Assembly: GCA_041697335.1 (NCBI GenBank)
Contig: JBGUGD010000014.1
Span: 81,802-145,801 of the forward strand
DNA length: 64,000 nt
Origin: Vampirovibrionaceae bacterium NZW_1234
GTDB taxonomy: Bacteria; Cyanobacteriota; Vampirovibrionia; Vampirovibrionales; JAGQHJ01
Direction: 5' to 3'
Of the stretch, positions 49,733 through 59,170 are shown piece after piece (the stretch's first letter is position 1; each line of letters starts with the position of its first letter). The position numbers and the translations under genes are program-made. The notes beneath the pieces are model-generated. The model searched no databases, was not told the DNA's origin, and saw nothing but the letters and a program-made list of their open reading frames with translations.

Positions 49733-51208
49733 ATGAACGAGAATTTGAACAGTGCTTTGGCCTTGCATCGTCAGATCCAGGCGGGTGAGTTATCCGCAGT
49801 CGATGTCCTGGAATCAACCTTTGCCCTCATCGAAAAGCGAGATGGCCAGATCCAGGCCTTCAATCACTTGACCCACGATTTGGCATTAAAAACCGCACAA
49901 CAGGTCGACAACGATGTCAAAGCAGGAAAAACCCTACCATTATTAGCGGGCGTCCCGCTGGCATTGAAAGACAACATCCATGTCCGAGGCATCAAAACGA
50001 CATGCAGCAGCAAAATGCTAGAAAACTTTGTGGCCCCTTTTGACGCCACCATCACCCAAAAGCTCCATGCCCATCAAATCCCCATTGTGGGAAAAACAAA
50101 CCTGGATGAGTTCGCCATGGGCAGCTCAACGGAGAACAGCGCCTTCAAAAAGACCCGCAACCCCTGGGATACCGATCGGGTCCCTGGCGGCAGTTCCGGC
50201 GGATCCGCAGCCGCTGTTGCCAGTGGACAGACCTTGATTTCATTGGGCTCGGATACGGGGGGCAGCGTCCGCCAGCCGGCCGCACTTTGCGGTATTGTGG
50301 GCTTGAAGCCAACCTATGGATTGGTGTCTCGTTACGGCCTAGTCGCCTTTGCCAGCAGCTTGGATCAGATTAGCCCCTTTGCCGGGAATGTCTCGGACAC
50401 AGCCGCTTTGTTACAAGTCATTTCGGGCTTTGATCCGATGGACTCGACCTCGTTGAAAGAGGCTCCTCAGGTGGACTACTTGGCAAACCTGGATAAACCG
50501 ATCGCGGGCCTGAAGGTTGGATACATCTCTGAGTTGCTGGACGCCGGACTCCAGCCGGAGATCAAGACCGCTGTTGAAAAGGCTATTCAAACCTTTAAAG
50601 ACTTGGGTGCCACCGTTGAACCGGTCTCTTTACCGCATGTGAAGTATGCCGTTGCCGCGTATTACATCATTGCAACAGCAGAAGCCAGCTCGAATCTGGC
50701 TCGCTACGACGGGGTTCGCTATGGCCTTCGTCTTCCGGATCAGAAAGACATTTTACATATGTACACCGGCACCCGGGCTCAGGGCTTCGGAAGCGAGGTC
50801 AAACGCCGCATCATGCTGGGTACTTTCTCCTTGAGTTCCGGTTACTATGAAGCTTACTACGGCAAGGCGCAAAAAGTACGGGCACTCATTCGCCAGGACT
50901 TCAAGCACGCGTTTGACCGATTCGACATTCTTCTGGGACCCACATCGCCCACAACAGCCTTTAAGATTGGAGAAAAAGCCAGCGATCCTGTCCAGATGTA
51001 TCTCTCCGACATTGCCACGATTCCTGTAAACCTGGCCGGTATCCCTGCGCTGAGTCTCCCCTGCGGCTTTGATAACCAACATCTTCCCATTGGCCTTCAA
51101 TTGTTTGGACCTCACCTGTCTGAAGCCCTTCTTCTGCAGGCCGCATACGCCTTTGAACAAAAAACAGGGCTCAGTAATTTACGACCTCAAGCCCTCGCCT
51201 CCGTATAA
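49733..51208 (+). CDS. gatA: Glu/Asp-tRNA amidotransferase subunit A
   Basis: GKTNLDEFAMGSSTENS, PGGSSGGS, GSDTGGSVRQPA, SSNLARYDGVRYG, EVKRRIMLG. Confidence 0.97.
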   Translation: MNENLNSALALHRQIQAGELSAVDVLESTFALIEKRDGQIQAFNHLTHDLALKTAQQVDNDVKAGKTLPLLAGVPLALKDNIHVRGIKTTCSSKMLENFVAPFDATITQKLHAHQIPIVGKTNLDEFAMGSSTENSAFKKTRNPWDTDRVPGGSSGGSAAAVASGQTLISLGSDTGGSVRQPAALCGIVGLKPTYGLVSRYGLVAFASSLDQISPFAGNVSDTAALLQVISGFDPMDSTSLKEAPQVDYLANLDKPIAGLKVGYISELLDAGLQPEIKTAVEKAIQTFKDLGATVEPVSLPHVKYAVAAYYIIATAEASSNLARYDGVRYGLRLPDQKDILHMYTGTRAQGFGSEVKRRIMLGTFSLSSGYYEAYYGKAQKVRALIRQDFKHAFDRFDILLGPTSPTTAFKIGEKASDPVQMYLSDIATIPVNLAGIPALSLPCGFDNQHLPIGLQLFGPHLSEALLLQAAYAFEQKTGLSNLRPQALASV

Positions 51209-51232
51209 CGTCAGGCGTGTAACAGACCCAAT

Positions 51233-51260
51233 AAAAAACCCCGTCAACCCTGTCGGAGTC
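51233..51260 (-). terminator. Probable minus-strand intrinsic terminator
   Basis: On the minus strand, ACTCCG...CGGGGT (one G-U pair) is followed by TTTTTT. Confidence 0.55.
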
Positions 51261-51632
51261 TTCGAGGTTTCGTGTGCATTATCACGAAAAAACCGTGCGC
51301 TCTGTATTCCAGACATCTCCTACCCCGGATCGGGAACCTCCTTGATGTCCCCGCCGTAAGCCGTAGAACCTTGTTTTGGTCTTCAAAAATCAAGTTAAAA
51401 ACAACACTTATATACAAATAATAAAACATTCAATAACCCTTTTCATTGACCGATGGATGCAGTTTAAGGCCCATGCGATTAATCCATGGGTTAATTTATC
51501 GGGAGTTCATTCCGCAAATGCCTCTGTGCATTCCGTTGGTGTCCGCTGGCTGGAGCAGACCCGGAAGAAAAGTCCTGGAAGTCACCCGAGGAACACCTCT
51601 CCTGACACCCCGCCAAGTCGCTATCGGAATTG
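51233..51632 (-). ncRNA. Candidate tandem structured ncRNAs, family not recognised
   Basis: Two elements share GGCGGGG-stem...stem-GGAAT..ACAGAG with compensatory stem sequences; G-U pairs and the terminator favour the minus strand. Confidence 0.4.
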
Positions 51633-51799
51633 ATCAAGTCAGCGTATAATCGAGAGAGTCGAAAATCAGCAGCCACGGGATGTTAAGCGATTGTAACAAA
51701 TTCGGATGTCTCAAAAATCCACTGGCAACATTTTAGGTTTACCGGTCTTGTTCCTATAGCGAAGTCCGCGATAAGACCACAGTGAAAACGGGAAAAGCA

Positions 51800-52573
51800 A
51801 TGGTATCGGCATTAATCCCCCCATCTTACTTCTCTGCCCACAACCGCCCTGCACAAGCCAGTAGCGAGACGATTCGCTTTGCCGCAAATCGTAGACCCCG
51901 CCAAGACAATGCCAGAGCTAACCGAAAGCCCCCGGTTGAAGAGACGCCAAAGCCCCAATCAAGGACCACTGCCGGCAACGTTATCAGCTCGCTGTTTCAA
52001 GGGATTGGCGGCTTTTTCCTCATGCCCATCTTGCTACCGTGGATGATGGGTGGCATGGCGGCCCTGGCAATTGCCATGCCGCTGGTTGCCAAACACGTCA
52101 ACCCCAAGTATTTCCCCGACAAGCACCGCAGGGCAGGTCAACTGCGAAACCCGCAAGAAGTTGCCCGGACCTTGTGGAACAAGGTGCTAAAACCTTTGAT
52201 TCGGGTCTTTGCGACCCCGCTCAAACTGCTGCCTTTGCCAAAAGTCAAAAGCTTTCTGATCCGAGGTATGGTGAAAGTCGCCCAATTTTTTAAGAAGATG
52301 GGCGTCGGCCTGTTTCGATGCAAAGCCTTTAAAGTGCCCAGCGGATTCTTGCCTAGAATTGGCTATGCCGGCAGTTGGGCGATTGTGTTGCTTCTGATGA
52401 CCCTGGAAAAACGCTTATTCGGGAAGCTCGGATTTCTGGCAAAGCCGTTCCAATGGATCTTGGACTGGGGCATTTTCAAGGACAAACGGGCCCATGCCGA
52501 AGAAGCCTTCCAGGAAGTGGTCGGTAAGCCTTTACAAAACATCGTTGAACGGCTTCCGGGCCTAAACCACTAG
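51800..52573 (+). CDS. Hypothetical basic membrane protein
   Basis: Low-complexity N-terminus with TIRFAA, then hydrophobic helices. The ORF is open from 51782. Confidence 0.72.
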   Translation: MVSALIPPSYFSAHNRPAQASSETIRFAANRRPRQDNARANRKPPVEETPKPQSRTTAGNVISSLFQGIGGFFLMPILLPWMMGGMAALAIAMPLVAKHVNPKYFPDKHRRAGQLRNPQEVARTLWNKVLKPLIRVFATPLKLLPLPKVKSFLIRGMVKVAQFFKKMGVGLFRCKAFKVPSGFLPRIGYAGSWAIVLLLMTLEKRLFGKLGFLAKPFQWILDWGIFKDKRAHAEEAFQEVVGKPLQNIVERLPGLNH

Positions 52574-52652
52574 GCATCAATCATTTTCGCCCTATCTTTA
52601 ACCGGGCATCGGATTCCCCCGCAAAAAATGGAAAAAACATGTTTTTATCCAT

Positions 52653-53339
52653 GTGAGTGGGATCAGGAACCAGGGGGCAGACATGAGACAAAGTTTCAAT
52701 CAACAACCGCGATTTGCAGCCATGGCAGCACCGGACTTGTTTATCTCCAGTGCTCGCGAGCGCGATTCGATTCAGCAGGTTCAGGACGAGGTCAAGGAAT
52801 TTATCAGCGACGTCTATCCGGATACCGACCAGTTGGTTGAAAAAATCGAAGCCTCCGGCATTCCTGTCATCACGAAGACGCCGGAAATGCAGCTAAAGTT
52901 TTCGATGATGCTGGTGGGCGTGCAACTGGGCTTTGTAGCCCCGAACATTCCCAAGTACGATCTTTTCGTGGAGAACCTCAAGAAATATCTGCCCGAGAAA
53001 GCCCATATGGACTTCTCCAAGGGCATGATCATTGTGTTTAAGGACAACTACGAGTTCTCCTACGTCACCTACCAGTTTTATCAATGGAGCACTTATCATC
53101 GCGGGTTGCCCGGCTTTGAGCCTCAGGCCCGCAAGTTGTTCGAGATCTTTGCACGCAAGTACAACTATGTCATGCAGCCCAAGTTTCTGGAGAGCCTGGA
53201 CGCCGAAGAAACAGCGCTGTTACGTCAAGCCATCCGCCGGGAAAAAGAAGCCGTCGCCTTTATCCGTCACCTGCTTCACGAAGTATTCATTCCCGCTAAT
53301 AATGCCAGACTATTGGAATCGGGTGACGCCCAGGCTTAG
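52653..53339 (+). CDS. Hypothetical protein (about 220 aa)
   Basis: Clean ORF with gene-like codon usage; alternative start at 52683 (MRQSFNQQPRFAA). Confidence 0.75.
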   Translation: MSGIRNQGADMRQSFNQQPRFAAMAAPDLFISSARERDSIQQVQDEVKEFISDVYPDTDQLVEKIEASGIPVITKTPEMQLKFSMMLVGVQLGFVAPNIPKYDLFVENLKKYLPEKAHMDFSKGMIIVFKDNYEFSYVTYQFYQWSTYHRGLPGFEPQARKLFEIFARKYNYVMQPKFLESLDAEETALLRQAIRREKEAVAFIRHLLHEVFIPANNARLLESGDAQA

Positions 53340-53579
53340 TGTCAAAATCGTCACATTAAGCACCAAAACCCAGACCAGGGGGAATAATTTGACACGTCCA
53401 AAAGGACGTAGCTTCAGATTTTCCTATTTCTCACGATAAAAATAAGGTATGATGGTAGTGTGATTCCCTGGAGCGGGGCAATTTTGTGTTGGTTCAAAAT
53501 GGCCTAAAATGGTCTCAAGGAACCACCATGAGAGTTATCCAGCATCCTGTCTGGCTATAGGAGTCCAAAATTTCCGTTC

Positions 53580-56500
53580 ATGAGTCGAAAGAAAGCCCCA
53601 CCACAAGTTATTGCTTTTAACTTCAAGTCGGTTAAAGACCTGGCCAAGCCAGGAAGTTGGCGACGCGGGTATGGTTACTTTCGAACCCCAGGCCAGGTTC
53701 TAAGCACCGAGCTGACCAAGAGCGGTATCGCCGGGAAGGTCAAGGGTAATTTTCAGGACGCGTATGACATCAATTTGATGCTGGATCCCGACTGTGTGTC
53801 TGCCGAATGCACCTGTCCACTGGAGGAAGAGTGGTGCAAGCACGCGGTTGCCGTAGCGCTGACGGCCATCCGGGAACATCTTTATGAGCAATATTGGAAG
53901 CTGCCCTATGACGAGATGGAGCAGTGCCTTCCCCTTGAGGAGACACTGGACTTTGAAGGCAACTACCGCTTTGTGCTCGATTGGACCATCAAACCCAAAA
54001 CCCTCAGCATTCAGGTCTGGGACCGACGAAAACAAGAACACATGCCCCACTTGGAGCCTATCTTGAAGGCCATGCTTGCGTTGCAGCAAAGTGGCAAGCT
54101 GGATTTGAACCCCAGCGAAAAGCGTGAAATCCGCCTGATTCAGTTTTTATACAAGCAGGCCGAGCCGGACTCCAAAGGGGGTGGCTGGTTCCATGTGCCT
54201 GCCAAGGAGATCGAAAAATGCCTGGAGCTCTTATCCGACGTGGAGGAGCTGTGCCAGGCCAAGACCAATTACCGGCTGCGCTTTGAAACCGAGCCACTGC
54301 ACCTGATTATGAGCGTCAATGCTTCTCTGGTTGGCAATGTTCTGGTGTCCTTCCACTGGCACAAACTTACCGAACCGGCGGATGTCTATCCCCTGGAAGA
54401 AATCCAGATGTTCGGCCGGGATATTGCCTGGGGGGTCTACCTGGACAAAATTTACCCCCTCTCCAGCACCCTCCGGAACCTGCCTCAGAACCTCACTCGA
54501 AGTACTTTTTACGATATTCGCGATGCCGACGGCGGGCGATTTGTCTTTGAAGAACTGCCCAGTATTCGCAAGTACGTGGAAGTGGAACAAGCCCAAATCA
54601 TCGACAAAGCCACCTTGGAACAGGAACCACCGCTCCGAGTGGTGACGTTACGGCGTCAAGACGCAACCACGGTCCGTGCGGAACTGGAATTTGCCTACGA
54701 CGAAACCCGGATTCCCTTTAGCAAGGGAAACGAAGCCCCTTACGTCACGGTAACCAACAAAGAAGAAGATAGCATCTACTGGCTGAAGCGGGATAAAAAG
54801 CTCGAAGAAAAGGCCTATCAAACCATGTTAAAAACCCGGGCCCAGCCGTTGCAAAGTAACCACTTTGCCGCCGAAGGCGACGATGCCATTGATTTTCTGA
54901 ACATCGACAGACCCCGCCTGGAGGCCGAAGGCTGGTTGTTTGAAACCGAAGACAACTTCGACGACCTGGCCACTGCCGATGACCCGCTGACCATCGTGGG
55001 TAAAATCGATTTTACGTCGGACAGCGTGGACCAGTTCACCATGGCGATATGCTGTGCCGTGGGAGACACCCGGCTTGACCTGGATGATGTTCAAAACGAT
55101 CTGGTGCAAGGCAAGAAATACATTATGGTTCCCGGTCAAGGCTATGCCGAGATCCCCTTGGCCGTTATCCTGCAATTCACCAAGACCCTCAACAGCTTTG
55201 ACAAAGAGATTCTGGATCAGGACACCTATCTGATCAAAACCTATCAGGCCGGGCTCATTGCCGAACTCACCGACCAAGGGGTCGTCCTGGATTTGAGTCC
55301 CCGCTTCCAGAAATTCTGGGATCTGGTCACCTCCTTCAACGAATTGGAAGAGGTCTCTGTGCCCAAAAAGGTGAAGGCTGAGCTTCGTCCCTACCAGGAG
55401 CAAGGCTTTAACTGGCTATGGTTCCTATACTCGTATGGGTTGAACGGCATTTTAGCCGATGATATGGGCTTGGGGAAAACCCTGCAAACCCTGGTCCTGC
55501 TGCAAAAGGCCAAGGACGAAGACGGTCCGTCACCGTCGCTGATTATCTGCCCGACATCCGTTGTGTATAACTGGCAAAAAGAGTGTGAGCGTTTCACCCC
55601 GGATTTAAAAATCCTGAACCTCACCGGCAGTGAGCGCCACCGCACGCTCAGCAAAATCAAAGAAGCCGATCTTGTGATTACCAGCTACGCCCTGATTCGC
55701 CGGGATATTAAAATCCTGCGCCAGTTCAACTTCCGCTACATCATCCTGGATGAATCACAGAACATTAAAAACCATGAATCCCAGACGGCCCAAGCCACCA
55801 AGCAACTGGTTGCCCACCATCGACTGGCGCTCTCGGGCACACCCATCGAGAACCGTCTGTCCGAGGTCTGGTCCGTATTTGACTTCCTCATGCCCGGTTT
55901 TCTCTTGGACTTGGACGAATTTCGGTACCGCTATGTCAACCCCATCGAGGAAAAAGGCAACCGCGATGCCGAACGCCGTTTAAAAAAGCAGCTGGCGCCC
56001 TTTATTCTCAGACGCCTCAAGCGCGATGTCGCCAAGGATCTGCCCGACAAGATCGAAAACGTGATGTACTGCGAGATGCTGCCCGAACAGCAGGAGTTGT
56101 ACATGGAAGTGCTGGAAAAAACCCGGGAAGAGGTCTTTGCCAAGTTCAATGAAAAAGGCAATGCCGTCAGTCAGGCCAGTATGCTTTCAGCATTATTACG
56201 CCTTCGCCAGGTCTGTAACCACCCCAAGCTGCTTAAGGAATTTATGGCCCACGACGGCATCGGCTCCGGCAAATTTGAAGCCCTCCAGGAGATGCTCGAA
56301 GAAATCATCAGCGAGGGACATCGCATTTTGCTTTTCAGCCAGTTTGTCGAGATGCTGGACATCATCCGCAAGTGGCTTGAGGTCAAGGGCATCAAGCACG
56401 AGTACCTGACCGGCTCCACCAAAGACCGCCAGGAACGGGTCGATCGTTTCAACCGGGATCCTTCGATTCCTCTGTTTCTAATCAGCCTGAAAGCCGGCGG

Positions 56501-56780
56501 CACGGGGTTAAACCTCACCGGGGCCGACTACGTCATTCATTACGACCCGTGGTGGAACCCGGCGGCGGAAGAACAGGCCACAGACCGGGCCCACCGGATT
56601 GGCCAGACCAAGAAAGTCATCGTCTATCGCTTCATTACCCGGGGTTCGGTGGAAGAGAAGATCATGAAACTCAAGGACCGCAAACGGGATCTGGTGGACT
56701 CGATTATTTCGGTGGACCGGGACTTAGGGAAAACCCTGACCTTCCAGGACTTAAAAGACATCTTAACGCCGGAATTCTAA
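53580..56780 (+). CDS. SWIM zinc finger plus SNF2-family helicase/ATPase
   Basis: CTC......CKH (SWIM), LRPYQ, LADDMGLGKT, DESQ, LSGTPIEN, FSQF, SLKAGGTGLNL, QATDRAHRIGQ. Confidence 0.95.
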   Translation: MSRKKAPPQVIAFNFKSVKDLAKPGSWRRGYGYFRTPGQVLSTELTKSGIAGKVKGNFQDAYDINLMLDPDCVSAECTCPLEEEWCKHAVAVALTAIREHLYEQYWKLPYDEMEQCLPLEETLDFEGNYRFVLDWTIKPKTLSIQVWDRRKQEHMPHLEPILKAMLALQQSGKLDLNPSEKREIRLIQFLYKQAEPDSKGGGWFHVPAKEIEKCLELLSDVEELCQAKTNYRLRFETEPLHLIMSVNASLVGNVLVSFHWHKLTEPADVYPLEEIQMFGRDIAWGVYLDKIYPLSSTLRNLPQNLTRSTFYDIRDADGGRFVFEELPSIRKYVEVEQAQIIDKATLEQEPPLRVVTLRRQDATTVRAELEFAYDETRIPFSKGNEAPYVTVTNKEEDSIYWLKRDKKLEEKAYQTMLKTRAQPLQSNHFAAEGDDAIDFLNIDRPRLEAEGWLFETEDNFDDLATADDPLTIVGKIDFTSDSVDQFTMAICCAVGDTRLDLDDVQNDLVQGKKYIMVPGQGYAEIPLAVILQFTKTLNSFDKEILDQDTYLIKTYQAGLIAELTDQGVVLDLSPRFQKFWDLVTSFNELEEVSVPKKVKAELRPYQEQGFNWLWFLYSYGLNGILADDMGLGKTLQTLVLLQKAKDEDGPSPSLIICPTSVVYNWQKECERFTPDLKILNLTGSERHRTLSKIKEADLVITSYALIRRDIKILRQFNFRYIILDESQNIKNHESQTAQATKQLVAHHRLALSGTPIENRLSEVWSVFDFLMPGFLLDLDEFRYRYVNPIEEKGNRDAERRLKKQLAPFILRRLKRDVAKDLPDKIENVMYCEMLPEQQELYMEVLEKTREEVFAKFNEKGNAVSQASMLSALLRLRQVCNHPKLLKEFMAHDGIGSGKFEALQEMLEEIISEGHRILLFSQFVEMLDIIRKWLEVKGIKHEYLTGSTKDRQERVDRFNRDPSIPLFLISLKAGGTGLNLTGADYVIHYDPWWNPAAEEQATDRAHRIGQTKKVIVYRFITRGSVEEKIMKLKDRKRDLVDSIISVDRDLGKTLTFQDLKDILTPEF

Positions 56781-56849
56781 GGTGTTATTCGTGAATGCCG
56801 CAAGGCCCGTACCGGCAGCCACAGCATCTTCACCACAGGAAGCCGCCTG

Positions 56850-58412
56850 ATGCAAATCGAGCGGTTGGACCCGAAGCGTCGTTTTCCCTTTCTATTCTGG
56901 TTTCCAGCATTGCTGGTGCTGGGCACCTTTGTTGTCGGGGTAATGCAACCCACCGCGTTCCAACACCAAGTGGAAGCCCTGAACCAGGTCATTTACACAG
57001 TCTTCGGGGGGTATTACCTTTGGTTTGCATTGGCGACCCTGGTGCTGTTCCTGGCCATCGGCATCTCGCCGCTTGGCCGAATCCGTCTTGGCGGTTCGAA
57101 TGCCAAAGCTGAGTATTCCCTATTTTCCTGGTTTGCCATGCTGTTCTGTGCCGGCATGGGAACCGGGCTAATGTTTTGGGGTGCCGCTGAACCTTTGTAT
57201 CATTTTATGAATCCGCCATTGGCCAGTGCGGCCACCCTCTCGGACAAGATAGCCTGGGCCTTTCACTACTCGTTTTTCCATTGGGGATTTCACCCCTGGG
57301 CTATCTATGGAATGACGAGCCTCGTCATTGCCTTCTTTGGGTTCAACCTCAATCACGGTATTCATTTCAGCGCCTTCCTCCAGGGTCAGGACAGCTCATC
57401 CAAAGGCTGGCGGTATGGGGCGTCTCAACTCATCGATCTGATGACCATTGTGGCCATTATTTTCGGCATTGCAGCCACCTTTGGCATGGGGGTGCTGCAA
57501 CTGCAAGGTGGCTTGAAGACTGTCTTTGGAATTACCCCTACACCGCTTCTAACCGTGAGCCTGGTGTGCGGGATGACAATGACTTATTTGGCCTCCGCAC
57601 TCAAAGGTCTAAAAACAGGGATTAAAGTGTTAAGCGATACCAGCTTCTGGCTTTACCTGGTCCTCCTGGTGGTTCTGGTCAGCCACAGCGCCCAAACACT
57701 CCTGGACGATGTTGTCAGGCATCTCCCCCAATTTTTCGCCCGCCTTCCTGCCATGAGCCTCGGCCTGGGCCAATACCGAGATCCTTTTTGGGTGGGCGAA
57801 TGGACCGTCAAGTACTGGAGCTGGTGGATTGCCTGGGCCCCGTTTGTCGGTATCTTTATCGCGCTGATTTCCAAAGGCCGCACGGTCCGGGAGTTGGTTT
57901 TCGCTTCGGTCATTCTTCCCAGTGCCTTTTCCATTCTCTGGTTCACTCTGTTCGGCAATGCGGCGATTTCGTTACAGTTACAAAACGCTTTTTTCGGCAG
58001 CTCACTGGACTTGAGTCAGGTCAATGTCGTTTTGTTCCAACTCATGGATCAGCTCACCCATGCCCGCTGGGTGCCGCTGCTCTGTCTACTGATTATTGCC
58101 TTGGACTTTATTAATTCCGCCGACGGCGCCACGTATACCATTGCGTCCTTATCCTCGAAATCGAATCAGGAAGCCCCACCAGGGCACTTGCGCTTTGGCT
58201 GGGGGATATTATTTGCCGCCTTGACCTCGCTGTTTTTATTAACGGGTGGGATTGAGCTTTTGCAGCAAATCACCCTCATTACAGCCTTACCCTTTGCATT
58301 ATTGCTGTCCCTCATTTTCCTCCGGTTAATTCCGTCCATGATTGACTATCGCTCGGTGTCCACTGAAACCAAAGAGCATCCTGAAAAAGCCATTGCAGAC
58401 CGAGTGCTTTAA
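56850..58412 (+). CDS. BCCT family (betaine/carnitine/choline) transporter
   Basis: SWFAMLFCAGMG.GLMFWG..EP, FHWG.HPWAIY, WTV.YW.WWIAWAPFVG.FIA.IS.GRTVRE. Confidence 0.95.
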   Translation: MQIERLDPKRRFPFLFWFPALLVLGTFVVGVMQPTAFQHQVEALNQVIYTVFGGYYLWFALATLVLFLAIGISPLGRIRLGGSNAKAEYSLFSWFAMLFCAGMGTGLMFWGAAEPLYHFMNPPLASAATLSDKIAWAFHYSFFHWGFHPWAIYGMTSLVIAFFGFNLNHGIHFSAFLQGQDSSSKGWRYGASQLIDLMTIVAIIFGIAATFGMGVLQLQGGLKTVFGITPTPLLTVSLVCGMTMTYLASALKGLKTGIKVLSDTSFWLYLVLLVVLVSHSAQTLLDDVVRHLPQFFARLPAMSLGLGQYRDPFWVGEWTVKYWSWWIAWAPFVGIFIALISKGRTVRELVFASVILPSAFSILWFTLFGNAAISLQLQNAFFGSSLDLSQVNVVLFQLMDQLTHARWVPLLCLLIIALDFINSADGATYTIASLSSKSNQEAPPGHLRFGWGILFAALTSLFLLTGGIELLQQITLITALPFALLLSLIFLRLIPSMIDYRSVSTETKEHPEKAIADRVL

Positions 58413-58490
58413 ATTTTTTAAAAAAACTGTCAAAAAAAATTAATATTTTGTTTTTATAAAAACAAGAGAGAAGAAGACCATAAGAGAGGT

Positions 58491-58994
58491 ATGTATGTCA
58501 TGGCGACCTTGCTGCCCTTATTAACGCAAAATCTGTTATTACAAACCATTCAATCTCAACCCAATGCCGGACCGACGGCGTACAATCTGCTGCGCTTAAA
58601 ATCCGCACGAGAACTGCAAGAACAGCAACAGGCCTTTACAAACTTTTTGAACCAACGCGTCCCCGGCAATAATCTGTCCTCGCTCTTTTATAAGGAACTC
58701 AGCTCACGGCTTCCATTATTGGAGCCCCAATCGCAAGCATCCCGATCACTTCAATTCCAGCTCTTCCAATTTGGGCGATTGGCCAATGTGTCGGATGCTG
58801 ACATTAACCGCACCATCAATATGAGTGAGCGACTTTCGATTAAAAACGTGGTCACAAAACTGTATCAGTTTGCGGCCAATTCTTTCCCCAATCCACAGGT
58901 TGTCAGTACGATTCCTTCGAAGATCTTCCAGCTGAACCTGCTGGATAGCTACCTGGCTCAAAACGATCAGGCACGCATCGACACCTTATTCTAA
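58491..58994 (+). CDS. Hypothetical Gln/Leu-rich protein (167 aa)
   Basis: ATG after AAGAGAGG and an AT-rich promoter-like region. Confidence 0.65.
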   Translation: MYVMATLLPLLTQNLLLQTIQSQPNAGPTAYNLLRLKSARELQEQQQAFTNFLNQRVPGNNLSSLFYKELSSRLPLLEPQSQASRSLQFQLFQFGRLANVSDADINRTINMSERLSIKNVVTKLYQFAANSFPNPQVVSTIPSKIFQLNLLDSYLAQNDQARIDTLF

Positions 58995-59170
58995 TTTCGA
59001 ACAGACCGTTTTTCAGACATTGGGTTTATAACTGGCCAGCTTGCCGATAGGTAAGCTGGCCGCTTTCCTGTAACAATTTTGGGGACAGTGACCCGCTTGC
59101 TCTGGACTTGGACGAGTGTCTGGGGTTCAATGTCCACGTGTGAGGTTTTGTTGGGAATCAAACTGTCATC

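Noticed and set aside
51560..51600. GAAAAGTCC resembling the RNase P RNA GAGGAAAGUCC motif
   Set aside because: The match is imperfect, the 3' P4 partner motif is not seen, and the region is too short.
53580..56780. SWIM-SNF2 gene as part of an anti-phage system
   Set aside because: No methylase, nuclease or other defence genes are adjacent, and solitary SWIM-SNF2 ATPases are widespread.
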